Source: Candidatus Saccharimonadota bacterium
GTDB taxonomy: Bacteria > Patescibacteriota > Saccharimonadia > Saccharimonadales > Saccharimonadaceae
DNA: 43,453 nucleotides
NCBI GenBank assembly: GCA_013333845.2
Contig: JABCNZ020000010.1
Location: 1 to 43,453 of the forward strand
Direction: 5' to 3'
How positions within the stretch are numbered: the stretch's first letter is position 1; every line of letters begins with the position of its first letter. A program made the position numbers and the translations under genes. The notes beneath the pieces were generated by a model. It searched no databases. It was not told the origin of the DNA and worked only from the letters and a program-made list of their open reading frames with translations. Shown here in pieces: positions 1 to 9,576 of the stretch.

Positions 1-1025
1 ACACCATATCTGCAAGCTGCGAATGCTTTTTTTATATCAGGATCACCGGTGTTAGGAGGATATGCCGTCTCACAATATTTAGGATCATTTTTATTCTCGG
101 CTCCTTTTTTACATGCGTTTTTTTCAAGTTCAGTTCTATATTTACTGTCACAACCCGATGCTTTACTATTAAGTAGAGTTTGATAACTCCTGACCCAAGG
201 AGCTTCACTATAATTCATATACTCCATAATCATGTCTTTACAGGTTGTCTCGAGTCCAGCAAAAGTACCGCTAACTTTATGGTTAAAGGGATATATTTTT
301 TTACCGGGGTTATTTAATCTGTATACATGATTTTCACCAGAACCGTCTGCCTTATTAACAATTGTGATAGTGAAATCTTTACCAGAAATTTTATCACCTT
401 CTTTAAAGTCTACATCTAAAACGCCCATGTCGGTAAATCCACCACACGAATTATTATTAGGGTCAACAAGTGATTTGTATCCTAAGTAATAGAAATAAGG
501 TTCTAAGTTAAAATTATTTAATATAGTAGCCCTTAGCTGATCGACGTTAATCGTTAGATCTCCCGATGAGCTCGTCCCGCATTGATCGCGATTAGGAGTT
601 ATTGGTGCTCCCATCTTACAGAAGATATCTCGTAGACTGCTGCCTGTCCAACCGCCTAAAGCTAAGACGTTTGTAACACCAGCGGCTGTGTAGCTTTTAC
701 ACCACATAAAATCGTCATCATCATCAGAAACAAGCCCTCCCGCCGACCACTCGGTGCCTGTACTGTCTATAAAAGACTCTTCACTATATGTTCCTGTAAC
801 AGTTTCATTTACAAGATTTTGGCTAATTGTCATAGTTTTTTTTCGCAGGCAGCGGGCGAGAGTATTTAATTTTAAATATTTTACAGCTTGTTCGTCTATA
901 GATTTTGTAGCGTAAATAGGATCGCCTTTTTTAGCCGCGGCATTACGGTTTAATACTGACACTACGGATGTCAATGAGATGATTGCAGCTAGCGATATTA
1001 AAAATAGTTTTTTTATTACTCTCAT
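1..1025 (-). CDS. Large secreted/membrane protein, N-terminal part (runs off the window); probably part of the T4SS-like locus
   Basis: Manual translation from ATG 1025: MRVIKKLFLISLAAIISLTSVVSVLNRNAAAKKGDPIYATKSIDEQAVKYLKLNTLARCLRKK... Signal-peptide-like start, Cys-containing. Only the first ~110 codons were read; absence from the ORF track is consistent with no stop before the window edge. Confidence 0.7.
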   Translation of the reverse strand, partial: MRVIKKLFLISLAAIISLTSVVSVLNRNAAAKKGDPIYATKSIDEQAVKYLKLNTLARCLRKKTMTISQNLVNETVTGTYSEESFIDSTGTEWSAGGLVSDDDDDFMWCKSYTAAGVTNVLALGGWTGSSLRDIFCKMGAPITPNRDQCGTSSSGDLTINVDQLRATILNNFNLEPYFYYLGYKSLVDPNNNSCGGFTDMGVLDVDFKEGDKISGKDFTITIVNKADGSGENHVYRLNNPGKKIYPFNHKVSGTFAGLETTCKDMIMEYMNYSEAPWVRSYQTLLNSKASGCDSKYRTELEKNACKKGAENKNDPKYCETAYPPNTGDPDIKKAFAACRYG

Positions 1026-1056
1026 GGTTATTATATAGTTTATCAATATGCAATAT

Positions 1057-1085
1057 AAAATACCAGCTGTTTTGGCTGGTATTTT
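1057..1085. terminator. Intrinsic terminator hairpin downstream of the 1197..2114 gene
   Basis: AAAATACCAGC-7 nt-GCTGGTATTTT perfect inverted repeat with A/T tails. Confidence 0.65.
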
Positions 1086-1196
1086 AGTACTATATATCAA
1101 ATAAATGTATTAATTTTTGTATTTTCTGATAAACGTGTCGGATATAGCTATTGGTTTTTATAAAACGCCTTTAATTTTTTGACCTAGACAAGTTGT

Positions 1197-2114
1197 TTAA
1201 TAGAGATTCTTGGTCACTATATCTACTAGCTTCATAGGGCCTTCTTCTGCTGGCGGCTCGAAGTCGAATACGAAATGTCTACTTTCGCTACCTTTCTCCA
1301 ATTGTTCGTCTAATTTTTGGCAGGCTGATCCAGGGGCTGGTTCTAGATTGTCCTGCATATCAAGGACAGTTTCGATTCTTATTATATGTGGAGTGGTTGG
1401 AAAGTTGGTGTAGTACAATACCTTTTGTTTGTTGGGATTTACATGACGCGTAACTGTTCTAGAGAACAATTTGCCTCCATCTGTGAGCGATTCGGGCTGG
1501 CTGCATTGGGTTAGGGCTACTAAAGTATTGTTCTCTCCTTTTGTTTCTAGCTGCTTCAGGGATTCTGGTATAGAACCTTGAGTATCGTCGACTACTGCTA
1601 GTTCAGAGAATTGCCTCATGACGTATCTTTGTAGATCTTCGCGGAACTGATCTAGTTTTTTGTCTTGAATGCGTTGTCCTAGACCTAGCTCTTCAATATT
1701 TTCTTCATCAACAAAATTCAAAGGGTTAAGAATGCCATTTACGACGTCTGTCATGTATGTAGCTATGGCATCGGCAGCGGCTTTTTCACCTCCGGCTGAG
1801 GCTTTGGTTGCTTCCCAGTCTGGTAATGTGAATAAATCATCCATTTTTTCACGCGAGACAATTTGTTCGGGGTTTGGTAGAGGCTTCTGCTCTACTGCTT
1901 CTGGGGTTGGTGTTGCTTCTTGAGTTTGTGGAGGTGTAGGTCGTGCGTCAGCTGTCCTCATCGGTATGTCTGCGGTACTCGGGTTGGCTGGCCCTGCGGA
2001 GCCAGTTTCTTCAGCGCAAGCTCCTGCGGCCAATATTCCTAGACCGATTCCTGCAAACTTTAGTAGCTCGCCGCGGCTAACCTTTTTATTGAGTAGATCT
2101 GGACCTTTTACCAT
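1197..2114 (-). CDS. Hypothetical lipoprotein with Tat-like signal and Pro/Thr-rich linker
   Basis: 305 aa; VSRGELLK + hydrophobic stretch + LAAGAC lipobox-like motif; GAAGGAGG RBS upstream. Confidence 0.7.
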   Translation of the reverse strand: MVKGPDLLNKKVSRGELLKFAGIGLGILAAGACAEETGSAGPANPSTADIPMRTADARPTPPQTQEATPTPEAVEQKPLPNPEQIVSREKMDDLFTLPDWEATKASAGGEKAAADAIATYMTDVVNGILNPLNFVDEENIEELGLGQRIQDKKLDQFREDLQRYVMRQFSELAVVDDTQGSIPESLKQLETKGENNTLVALTQCSQPESLTDGGKLFSRTVTRHVNPNKQKVLYYTNFPTTPHIIRIETVLDMQDNLEPAPGSACQKLDEQLEKGSESRHFVFDFEPPAEEGPMKLVDIVTKNLY

Positions 2115-2235
2115 AAAACTTCAATCCCCTCCTTCGGGATTAGTGGCTTATGATGTCTATGCGACCCACCTCGCATTTGTGGTATTATTATACATCTTTA
2201 TGGCGAAATAATCAAGCCAGCGGCGCTATTTTTCG

Positions 2236-5200
2236 CTAATCATCATCGTCGCCGTCATCGCCGTCGTACAAATCGCCAGCGAATTCCTTGAGGACGTCGA
2301 CGGCTTGGTCGGTCAAAGTTTGGCGCACGGTTGGCGTGCTGAGTACCTGGACAGCCATCTTGCGGGCATTTCGGCGCCGCTTATTGAACCGCTTGATCAG
2401 GCTCTGGCGGGCGTCTGCTTCGCTGTTCGACAAGCCTTTATCGCCGAGTTTCTTCTGCTCGGACCTGATGCTGTCTTCGATGAGCTTATTAAACTGTGTC
2501 CTAGTCAGGTCGCTTGCCTCGACGTCGGCGAACATCACAGCTAGGGCGTTAGCGTTAGCATTAGCGATAGTGCTGGTTTTGATGCGGCCCTCGAGAATCT
2601 GGCGGAAGGACTGGTATTGCAGGCTTTCGTCGCCGTAGAATTCGCCGTTGAGGACAGCCTTGAGCGATTTGTCGCTAAGGGCTGGAACTGCCTGCATGAA
2701 TTTGGTGTCGATGATGGCTTGCTCGACCGAGCGTCGGAAGTCGTAGTTGTAGCCGGTGGCTATCACATTGCCGTGTTCGTCGACTAACCTGCCGGTTTGT
2801 TTAACGACGTTCAACTTCTGTTCGACCGAGCCGACCTTGAACAATTCAGCGATCGACATATCGCGGACATAATCGTCGCGGGCGTCGAATGCGTAGCTGC
2901 GGCCAGCGGCGTCGGTAACATGCAGCTGGGTAATCGGCTGGCCAGCGGCGTCGGTGCCTAGTTTGCCGGTAGCCAGCGCTTCAATTTGTCCAGGGTCGAG
3001 TTTGAAGTGGTGGGCCAGTTCGGCTTGCTGCGCGATCTTTTCGCCGGCTTCTTTGCGCGATTTAGCCACGTATTCGGCCAATACCGCTGATTGGTTACCG
3101 ATGCCAGCGGCGTATTCGCGGACTAGTTTGCCATCGACGCGGACGGTGTTGTCGAGCATCATGGTATTGACCTCGCTGGCCAGCGCCTGTTCGGCGGCGC
3201 GTTTGGCAGCGGCGGTCAGGTTGGTTTCGATGTTGGCGCGCTTGATGTCGCGGGCAACGTGCAGTACATAGTCCTGTGTTGGAGCATTAGTGCCGCGCAG
3301 GTTGACAACATGTTCGCTTTGGTCGCCCTGGGCGATGATTTCGGCGTGCATTTTGCCAAGTTTTTCTTTGGCGCGGGCAGCGTCGAATTCGCTCTTCTTG
3401 ACGCTCAATTCTAGCGCTTTGTAGCCTGGGCTGGTTTGCGCCAAGGTATCCCAGCGGGCTTGCTGGTCGTTGCTGATACGCTGTTTGTGCGCCTCGACGG
3501 TGCGCCGGGCGGTATCGACTTCTTGGCCGGCTCTGCTTTCGTTGAATTCATTTTGGACGCGGGCTTTGTCGATTTCGGCGAGTTGTTGGCGGTGCGTCAG
3601 ATTTTGATGGCCGCGGTCGAAAGCGTTGTCGAGCTCAGATTTGTGGATACTGGCCCGGCGCCGGCGCGCTTCAAGCGCCTGGCCGTGCGGCGTGGCGTAG
3701 AAGGTGTTGCCGATTTCTGACTTGCGGGCTTCGTTCTCACCCTCGACTGTCTGGACAGAGCGCCGCCCGTAGCGGTCGTTGTCCCATTCGGTGGCGTTGT
3801 TGCTGGCAGCAGCTTCGTAAGCGGCGGTTAAGCCTTTACGGCGCTGTGTGCGGCGATGTTGCCGCCGTACGGCCGAGTTGACAAAGTTAGCGCGGCTGCC
3901 GTGGGCTCTGTTGATGGCGCGGGCGGCTCTTTTTAGCTTCGGCGACCTTCTGAAGATACCTCTGTCGGTGTTGATTAGGCTCTTGCCAGCGCGATTTTTG
4001 GCAGCTTGGTAAGCAGCGCGTTCCTGTGCCCAGTTGCGGGTGCGATCGATGATGCCGCGGTTCGGATTGTTAACAATACCAGCGAGTTTGCCGAGCAAAT
4101 TACCGCTAAGCTTGATGATAAGCGGTGTGATGGCGATCGGTGCAACCTGCACAGCTAGGCCGATGATAATTTGGGTAATTGAGTCGCCGGCATTAGCGAT
4201 GATAGCGTAGCCAGCTAGTTGCGCCGCACCGAAAATGAACGATATAAGCGGGAACATTAGCAGCATGGTGGCAAAAAGATCTTTCCACTTATCGAAATAT
4301 TTATTTGTGCTCGGTAATACGTAAGCCACGAAAGCTAGCGGCGCAACGATGATACACAGGGTGATTAGCGCTTGGCGCATAGCCAGAACCACCATCGCCA
4401 CGATGGCTGCGACGATGGCGCCGACTAACATCGTGGTCAGTAGTGTCAGCGACGGGCCGATACCGCCGTTAGCGACAACCACCTTGCCGAGTACGCCGCC
4501 GCCAGCTAGCACTACCCCAGTGACGCCAGTCCACGATAACTCGTCGCCGAGACGGCCGTGGCTAGACAAACCGTGTCGGACGTCGGTAAAGAACTGTTGT
4601 ATTGACGAGCCGAGCACATTAGAGGTATCGACCAAAGCGCCAGATATCCAATACGAAACATTAACCAAAATAGCCCCGATGATTAAGCGCGGCAGCATTG
4701 ATTTGATGCCATAGTTGCTCAAGCCTTGGTTGGTGATTTGCGCGTAAATAATCAGCAAAAACACCAGGACGAAACAGACATTAGAAACGTCGCGGACTTT
4801 TTGCCAAATTTCGTAAATCGGGTTGTTTTTGGTGGTGTCGGTTTGCAGTGTGTGGACGATCAGGAAACTTTTGATGATGTCGAGTACGCCGTCCATCCGG
4901 TCGGCGATAAGCTGCGTAGCTGGGCAGACGAACCAGCCGACGTTAACTTTGCAGTTGTCGCCGTCGTCATCATCGCCGTCTGCTTCTGGTGCGTTGGCGA
5001 TAGATACTTTGGTTGACGAGGATTGCGTCGATGGATCGTATATACCGCTGCGCAAAAGATAGCTAACCGCCTGGCCTTCGGTGGCAGTTTTGGCGTCGCC
5101 TTCGGTCAAGATGAGGTGGATACCCTCGTTGTCTTCATATTTGTAGCCGTCGTAGCCAGCGATCGGCAGGCTTTTGGTTTTTTCGCCGCTAGCAAACGAC

Positions 5201-5400
5201 GTCTTGTCGATTCTGGTATAGGTGTGTTTCTGGTAAATAACGGTATCGTTTTTGGTGTTGCGTTCGGCATCGGCAGCTGCTGCTGGCCGCGATAGTGCTA
5301 GAACACTAGCAAATAATGCTATCGTTACTGCCGAGAGCACTAAAAATCCTTGCCGCAAGGATATCCTACCCTGCAGGCATGTTCTTACCCAATCCCGCAT
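2236..5400 (-). CDS. Large polytopic membrane protein, TrbL/VirB6-like, with long charged C-terminal tail
   Basis: Signal peptide, GWFVCP motif, W..VRDVSN...IKSMLPRLIIGAILVNVSY and LAFVAYVLP...FDKW TM core typical of CPR VirB6-like proteins; next to the pilin array. Start uncertain (5400/5412/5439). Confidence 0.7.
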   Translation of the reverse strand: MRDWVRTCLQGRISLRQGFLVLSAVTIALFASVLALSRPAAAADAERNTKNDTVIYQKHTYTRIDKTSFASGEKTKSLPIAGYDGYKYEDNEGIHLILTEGDAKTATEGQAVSYLLRSGIYDPSTQSSSTKVSIANAPEADGDDDDGDNCKVNVGWFVCPATQLIADRMDGVLDIIKSFLIVHTLQTDTTKNNPIYEIWQKVRDVSNVCFVLVFLLIIYAQITNQGLSNYGIKSMLPRLIIGAILVNVSYWISGALVDTSNVLGSSIQQFFTDVRHGLSSHGRLGDELSWTGVTGVVLAGGGVLGKVVVANGGIGPSLTLLTTMLVGAIVAAIVAMVVLAMRQALITLCIIVAPLAFVAYVLPSTNKYFDKWKDLFATMLLMFPLISFIFGAAQLAGYAIIANAGDSITQIIIGLAVQVAPIAITPLIIKLSGNLLGKLAGIVNNPNRGIIDRTRNWAQERAAYQAAKNRAGKSLINTDRGIFRRSPKLKRAARAINRAHGSRANFVNSAVRRQHRRTQRRKGLTAAYEAAASNNATEWDNDRYGRRSVQTVEGENEARKSEIGNTFYATPHGQALEARRRRASIHKSELDNAFDRGHQNLTHRQQLAEIDKARVQNEFNESRAGQEVDTARRTVEAHKQRISNDQQARWDTLAQTSPGYKALELSVKKSEFDAARAKEKLGKMHAEIIAQGDQSEHVVNLRGTNAPTQDYVLHVARDIKRANIETNLTAAAKRAAEQALASEVNTMMLDNTVRVDGKLVREYAAGIGNQSAVLAEYVAKSRKEAGEKIAQQAELAHHFKLDPGQIEALATGKLGTDAAGQPITQLHVTDAAGRSYAFDARDDYVRDMSIAELFKVGSVEQKLNVVKQTGRLVDEHGNVIATGYNYDFRRSVEQAIIDTKFMQAVPALSDKSLKAVLNGEFYGDESLQYQSFRQILEGRIKTSTIANANANALAVMFADVEASDLTRTQFNKLIEDSIRSEQKKLGDKGLSNSEADARQSLIKRFNKRRRNARKMAVQVLSTPTVRQTLTDQAVDVLKEFAGDLYDGDDGDDDD

Positions 5401-5529
5401 ACTACTGTTCATTATAGCACTTTTGCTACAAAAAGTCAATGAGCGCCATCAGGAATATTAATGTTTGTCAAAAATGTTTGCAAATATGGACTACCAGCGC
5501 TATACTCTAATTAGGAAGCTATACGCGTT

Positions 5530-5898
5530 ATGAAACAGAAACTAACAACCTGTCTGATTGCTCTAACCAGCGCTGTTGGCGCGCTGTTGCTATTTAGCCG
5601 GTCGGTTTATGCGTTGGATTGCGCGGTGTTGCCTGATGAGATATGTTCGAAAGCTGGAGAAGGCGAAGCTGTGTTTGAGTTGCTCAAATTCGTTTTTGAT
5701 ATATGCGTTATTTTGGTCGGTATTGTTGCTATGTGCATGTTTGTCTGGGCAGGCATTCTCTATGCTAGCGGTGACGCTAATAGTAACCGGGTTGCCCAAG
5801 CTAAAACAATTATGACTAATACAATTGTTGGTATTATTGCTTTTGGTTTGATGTATTTGGGATTGAACTGGTTAATTCCAGGAGGAGTTTTCAACTAA
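5530..5898 (+). CDS. TrbC/VirB2-like T4SS pilin 1
   Basis: Signal peptide, two TM helices, GILYAS...AQAKTIMTNTIVG motif. Confidence 0.8.
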   Translation: MKQKLTTCLIALTSAVGALLLFSRSVYALDCAVLPDEICSKAGEGEAVFELLKFVFDICVILVGIVAMCMFVWAGILYASGDANSNRVAQAKTIMTNTIVGIIAFGLMYLGLNWLIPGGVFN

Positions 5899-6329
5899 TG
5901 AAACGTATATTTTTGGCCCTAGCGGTGATGATAGGTGTTTTTTTCTTCTCTGCGGCTGTGCCGCTGCCAGCCTATGCTGCTGACGAGTCGTGCGATGCTA
6001 CTGTTTTTGGTATGCCTGCTTGGTATAACGGTATGATGACGAAAGGCTCTAGCGGCGACTGCGAATTTGAAGGAGTAAAAAACGGCGACAAAATAGATAT
6101 TGCCTATACCGGCTTCAAGATAGGCGCTAATATTCTTCGGGATTTCTTAGTAGTATCGGTGTATGTGTCTTTGTTCTTCATCATTAAGGGTGGCTTTATG
6201 TATATGTTAAGCGCTGGCTCGCCTGAGGGCATCAGTAGTGCCAAAAAAACAATCCAGAATGCTGTAATTGGTTTCGTGATCGCCTTGATTTCTGTACAAC
6301 TCGTTAATGTTATAGGAGACATTATATAA
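5898..6329 (+). CDS. TrbC/VirB2-like T4SS pilin 2
   Basis: GMPAWY; GGFMYMLSAGSPEGISSAKKTIQNAVIG; TAATG overlap with pilin 1. Confidence 0.8.
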   Translation: MKRIFLALAVMIGVFFFSAAVPLPAYAADESCDATVFGMPAWYNGMMTKGSSGDCEFEGVKNGDKIDIAYTGFKIGANILRDFLVVSVYVSLFFIIKGGFMYMLSAGSPEGISSAKKTIQNAVIGFVIALISVQLVNVIGDII

Positions 6330-6333
6330 ATAG

Positions 6334-6630
6334 ATGATAAAACCAGAGATTATACTGGCCGCGTATAAATTTGATGCCAACGGTGGTGTTTATCATCCAA
6401 CTAGATCAGATGATACTTTGCCTGGTGTGGTGAGAACAGCTATATTTTGGGCAACAGTTGTCGCGGTTGTCGCGGTTGTGATAGCTGGTTTTACTTATAC
6501 ATTATCACAAGGTGATCCCGGTAAAGTTGCTCAAGCCAAAAATGCAATATTGTATGCTATTATTGGTCTAGTTGTTGTACTCGCAGCGGCAGGAATAATA
6601 TTAGCTGTATATACGTCGTTTCCAGGTTGA
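6334..6630 (+). CDS. TrbC/VirB2-like T4SS pilin 3
   Basis: GFTYTLSQGDPGKVAQAKNAILYAIIG. Confidence 0.8.
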   Translation: MIKPEIILAAYKFDANGGVYHPTRSDDTLPGVVRTAIFWATVVAVVAVVIAGFTYTLSQGDPGKVAQAKNAILYAIIGLVVVLAAAGIILAVYTSFPG

Positions 6631-6633
6631 TAT

Positions 6634-7032
6634 ATGAAGAGATATAGAAAAGTAGCAGTAGTGACAATCGTAACAGCCGTATTAGCAGCGGTAACCGTGT
6701 TGCCGTCATCGCAGACTTGGGCTGCTGAGTTGAATGCTAACTGTCGTAGCGGTAAATATAGCGGTCCAGATTGCGACCTAGTCAAGGATAATAGGATTGA
6801 TAACAATCACGAAACGGTCACGGAGCCTATCATGTGGTCGATATGGTTTTTGGGGTTTATATCAATAATTGTGGTTATTATCGGCGGTTTTCGCTATGCT
6901 ACTTCGCAAGGTAATCAGCAGCAATTGCAGTCCGCTAAAAATACTATTCTATACGCCGTAATTGGGTTGGTATTAGCAGCAGTTGCTGGACCGATTATTC
7001 AATTTATTGCAGATAATTTACATTTATTATGA
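6634..7032 (+). CDS. TrbC/VirB2-like T4SS pilin 4
   Basis: IIGGFRYATSQGNQQQLQSAKNTILYAVIG. Confidence 0.82.
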   Translation: MKRYRKVAVVTIVTAVLAAVTVLPSSQTWAAELNANCRSGKYSGPDCDLVKDNRIDNNHETVTEPIMWSIWFLGFISIIVVIIGGFRYATSQGNQQQLQSAKNTILYAVIGLVLAAVAGPIIQFIADNLHLL

Positions 7033-7057
7033 ATTAAACTGAAGGAGAGACAAGAAT

Positions 7058-7438
7058 ATGAAAAAATACATAAAATTATCAATACTATCTATAGCGCTAG
7101 GTGTGTCTATGGTTGTTGGATTCAGTTTGCCGGCTGCTGCGGCATGCGGTAGTGTTAGTGATTGTATAAATCAAGGTTTGCATGCATCTGGCGCTGATAG
7201 TACCCCTCTGTCTATTCATAGTCTTATGGGTAAGATCACTAATATTCTTTTATTCCTGATGGGTTCTGTGTCAGTGATTATGATTATTATTGGCGGCTTT
7301 CGCTACGTCACCTCGCAGGGCGACCAAACGCAAATGCAATCAGCCAAGAATACCATTTTGTATGCTGTCATCGGGTTGATAGTGGCGATAGCTGCTTATG
7401 CGATTGTTAGTTTTGTCGTTACTCAGTTTGTGGGCTGA
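7058..7438 (+). CDS. TrbC/VirB2-like T4SS pilin 5
   Basis: IIGGFRYVTSQGDQTQMQSAKNTILYAVIG; GAAGGAG RBS. Confidence 0.82.
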   Translation: MKKYIKLSILSIALGVSMVVGFSLPAAAACGSVSDCINQGLHASGADSTPLSIHSLMGKITNILLFLMGSVSVIMIIIGGFRYVTSQGDQTQMQSAKNTILYAVIGLIVAIAAYAIVSFVVTQFVG

Positions 7439-7557
7439 TCTACTTACTATATCTGTTACTATCTAGTAATGTAGCGTAAAAGCAATCCCAATTATTTACC
7501 AAATGTTGTATAATAATCCGTATAAGATCAATAAATCATACAGAAAGGATCGACCGT

Positions 7558-8007
7558 ATGAGAATTAAACTAAATAAAGATAGTATTGTCGGTTTGCTAG
7601 CGGTGCCAGCACTGGCGCTATCGGTGGTAGGCGTGATGTTTCAAGCGACGCCAGCATTTGCTGACCCTTCAACTGAAAAGCCACCTTTGACTGTGTCGGG
7701 TGGAGCTAAGTCAGCTAAAGGCACCGATCAATCGGCTTGTCTGTTTGGTAATGAATCTGGTTGTGAAGGTACTGATCAGACGCCTATTTTCCGCATCGTC
7801 ACTAACGTTCTATTGTTTGTCATCGGTGCCGTATCGGTGATTATGCTAATTATCGGCGGCTTTCGCTATGTTACCTCGCAGGGCGACCAGACGCAAGTGC
7901 AGTCGGCTAAAAATACTATTTTGTACTCGATAATTGGTATCGTAGTAGCTATTCTAGCCTATGCGGCGGTCAACTTCGTGGTTTCCAGCTTCGTTAAGTC
8001 GGAATAA
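7558..8007 (+). CDS. TrbC/VirB2-like T4SS pilin 6 (own promoter, possible major pilin)
   Basis: IIGGFRYVTSQGDQTQVQSAKNTILYSIIG; TATAAT at ~7509 and GAAAGGA RBS. Confidence 0.82.
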   Translation: MRIKLNKDSIVGLLAVPALALSVVGVMFQATPAFADPSTEKPPLTVSGGAKSAKGTDQSACLFGNESGCEGTDQTPIFRIVTNVLLFVIGAVSVIMLIIGGFRYVTSQGDQTQVQSAKNTILYSIIGIVVAILAYAAVNFVVSSFVKSE

Positions 8008-8026
8008 TATCTGCTGCTTTCAAAGT

Positions 8027-8060
8027 AAAACAACCGCGCTAATTTGGCGCGGTTATTTTA
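8027..8060 (+). terminator. Terminator after the pilin array
   Basis: AACCGCGC/GCGCGGTT stem followed by ATTTT. Confidence 0.7.
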
Positions 8061-8107
8061 TATGTTTCGCTTTCTCCCACCGGTACGCTAGTTTTTGGTT
8101 TATACAA

Positions 8108-8145
8108 CAAAAAACCCGCTTGCGTTTGCTTGCGGGTTATTTTAT
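8108..8145 (-). terminator. Terminator after the Hsp20 gene
   Basis: AACCCGC/GCGGGTT stem with an A-run on the left (U-tail on the minus strand). Confidence 0.6.
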
Positions 8146-8160
8146 CTAATTTTCCCTTCT

Positions 8161-8643
8161 CTATTGGATAGCGATCTTTTTGGCTTGTTCTTGTTTGACC
8201 TTGGTGAAGCTAATAGTTAGAACGCCATCCTTGAGCACTGCCGACACCTCGTCTTCTTTAACAGCTACTGGCAATGCTAGCGTACGGCTGAATTCGCCCC
8301 AATAACATTCCTGGATATGCCAGCGCGAAACGGCGGTGTCGTCGCCACTCGACAGCGTGCCGCTGATAGTTAAGATACCATCAGAGATGCTTACATCGAG
8401 GTCTTCCTTGTTGACGCCGGCGGTACGAGCCTTAATCACTAGCAATTCGTCAGTCTCGTAGACGTCAACGGCTAGCTGGCCTGGAAAGTCTTCTTCCTGC
8501 TCTTGCCAGGCGCTATCATCGGTCTGCTGCTGAGGTGCCGCTGCGGCTGGCGAGTTATTATCATTCGTTAAACTGTCATCGTTGAGAAATGCTGCAGCCA
8601 GCTCGTCTCCGATCAACAGATCGTCATCTTGTTTACGTGCCAT
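8161..8643 (-). CDS. Hsp20/alpha-crystallin small heat-shock protein
   Basis: LAVDVYET...AGVNKEDLDV...ECYWGEFSRTLALP...AVLKDGVLTI; GTGGAGG RBS. Confidence 0.92.
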   Translation of the reverse strand: MARKQDDDLLIGDELAAAFLNDDSLTNDNNSPAAAAPQQQTDDSAWQEQEEDFPGQLAVDVYETDELLVIKARTAGVNKEDLDVSISDGILTISGTLSSGDDTAVSRWHIQECYWGEFSRTLALPVAVKEDEVSAVLKDGVLTISFTKVKQEQAKKIAIQ

Positions 8644-8748
8644 TGATGTCCTCCACTATTCTCGTTGGCTGATTGAATTTATACTATCATTATAGACTAT
8701 GCATAGCGTATAATCAACTGTATAAACCATAAGAGTGTAAAAAACACA

Positions 8749-9427
8749 ATGATGATTTCCCTGTTTGATATACTAGCGCCCCACTACTGTTGTTCTTGCG
8801 GTGAAATCGGCAGAATTATTTGTGACAATTGTAAAAATAACATCATCTTGCGAGCCTCGCGGCGGTGCTTGCTGTGCACAAAAACTATTCGTAATTCTAG
8901 CGGTTTATGCCGTCGCTGCCAGCCGAGAGCGCCTTTTGAAAATGCTTGGTATGTTGGCGAACGAAGCGGCGCTTTGAAGCTGTTGATTGGTGCTTATAAA
9001 TTCGAACGAGTTGGCGGCGCTTATCGCGAGATTGTTGATTTGCTAGATGTGCGCGTATCAGAATTACCTGTCGAGACAATTGTGGTGCCAGTGCCGACGA
9101 TTGCGTCGCATGTTCGCCAGCGCGGTTTCGATCACGCAGCGAGGTTAGCCAAGGAGTTTGCTCGACGCCGAAAGCTCCCCTGCCGCATGATACTGCATCG
9201 GCGAACCTCATCAGTCCAGCATACTGCTGATAAGAGCGAGCGCTGGCAGCAAGCGAAGCAGGCTTTTGTTTGCGACAGCTCAGAGGCCGCTAGCTGTTTA
9301 TTGATTGATTGATGATATTTACACTACTGGAGCGACATTGCATTATGCTGCCAAAGCTCTGCTGGCTAGCGGATTCGAAAAGGTGTCGGTGGCGGTAGTA
9401 GCGCGGCAGCCTACCCAGGGTAGCTAA
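8749..9427 (+). pseudogene. comF: ComF family protein (zinc ribbon + PRTase), frameshifted at a (TTGA)3 repeat
   Basis: CxxC pairs, VPVPT..SHVRQRGFDH. Removing 4 nt at ~9301-9312 restores LLIDDIYTTGATL...VAVVARQ, ending TAA 9425-9427. Confidence 0.85.
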
Positions 9428-9449
9428 TCTCTGATATAATGGGTTCGCT

Positions 9450-9539
<90 letters not shown>

Positions 9540-9576
9540 AAAATGCCTTATTTACTTTTATAAAAATGAAATTATT

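Noticed and set aside
2288..5461. Numerous plus-strand ORFs opposite the large membrane protein gene
   Set aside because: Antisense shadows of a GC-rich coding strand, with no RBS or recognisable motifs.
6877..7925. Recent gene-conversion or shufflon cassette among pilins 4-6
   Set aside because: The shared block differs mainly at third codon positions, indicating protein-level conservation; no recombinase or inversion sites are seen.
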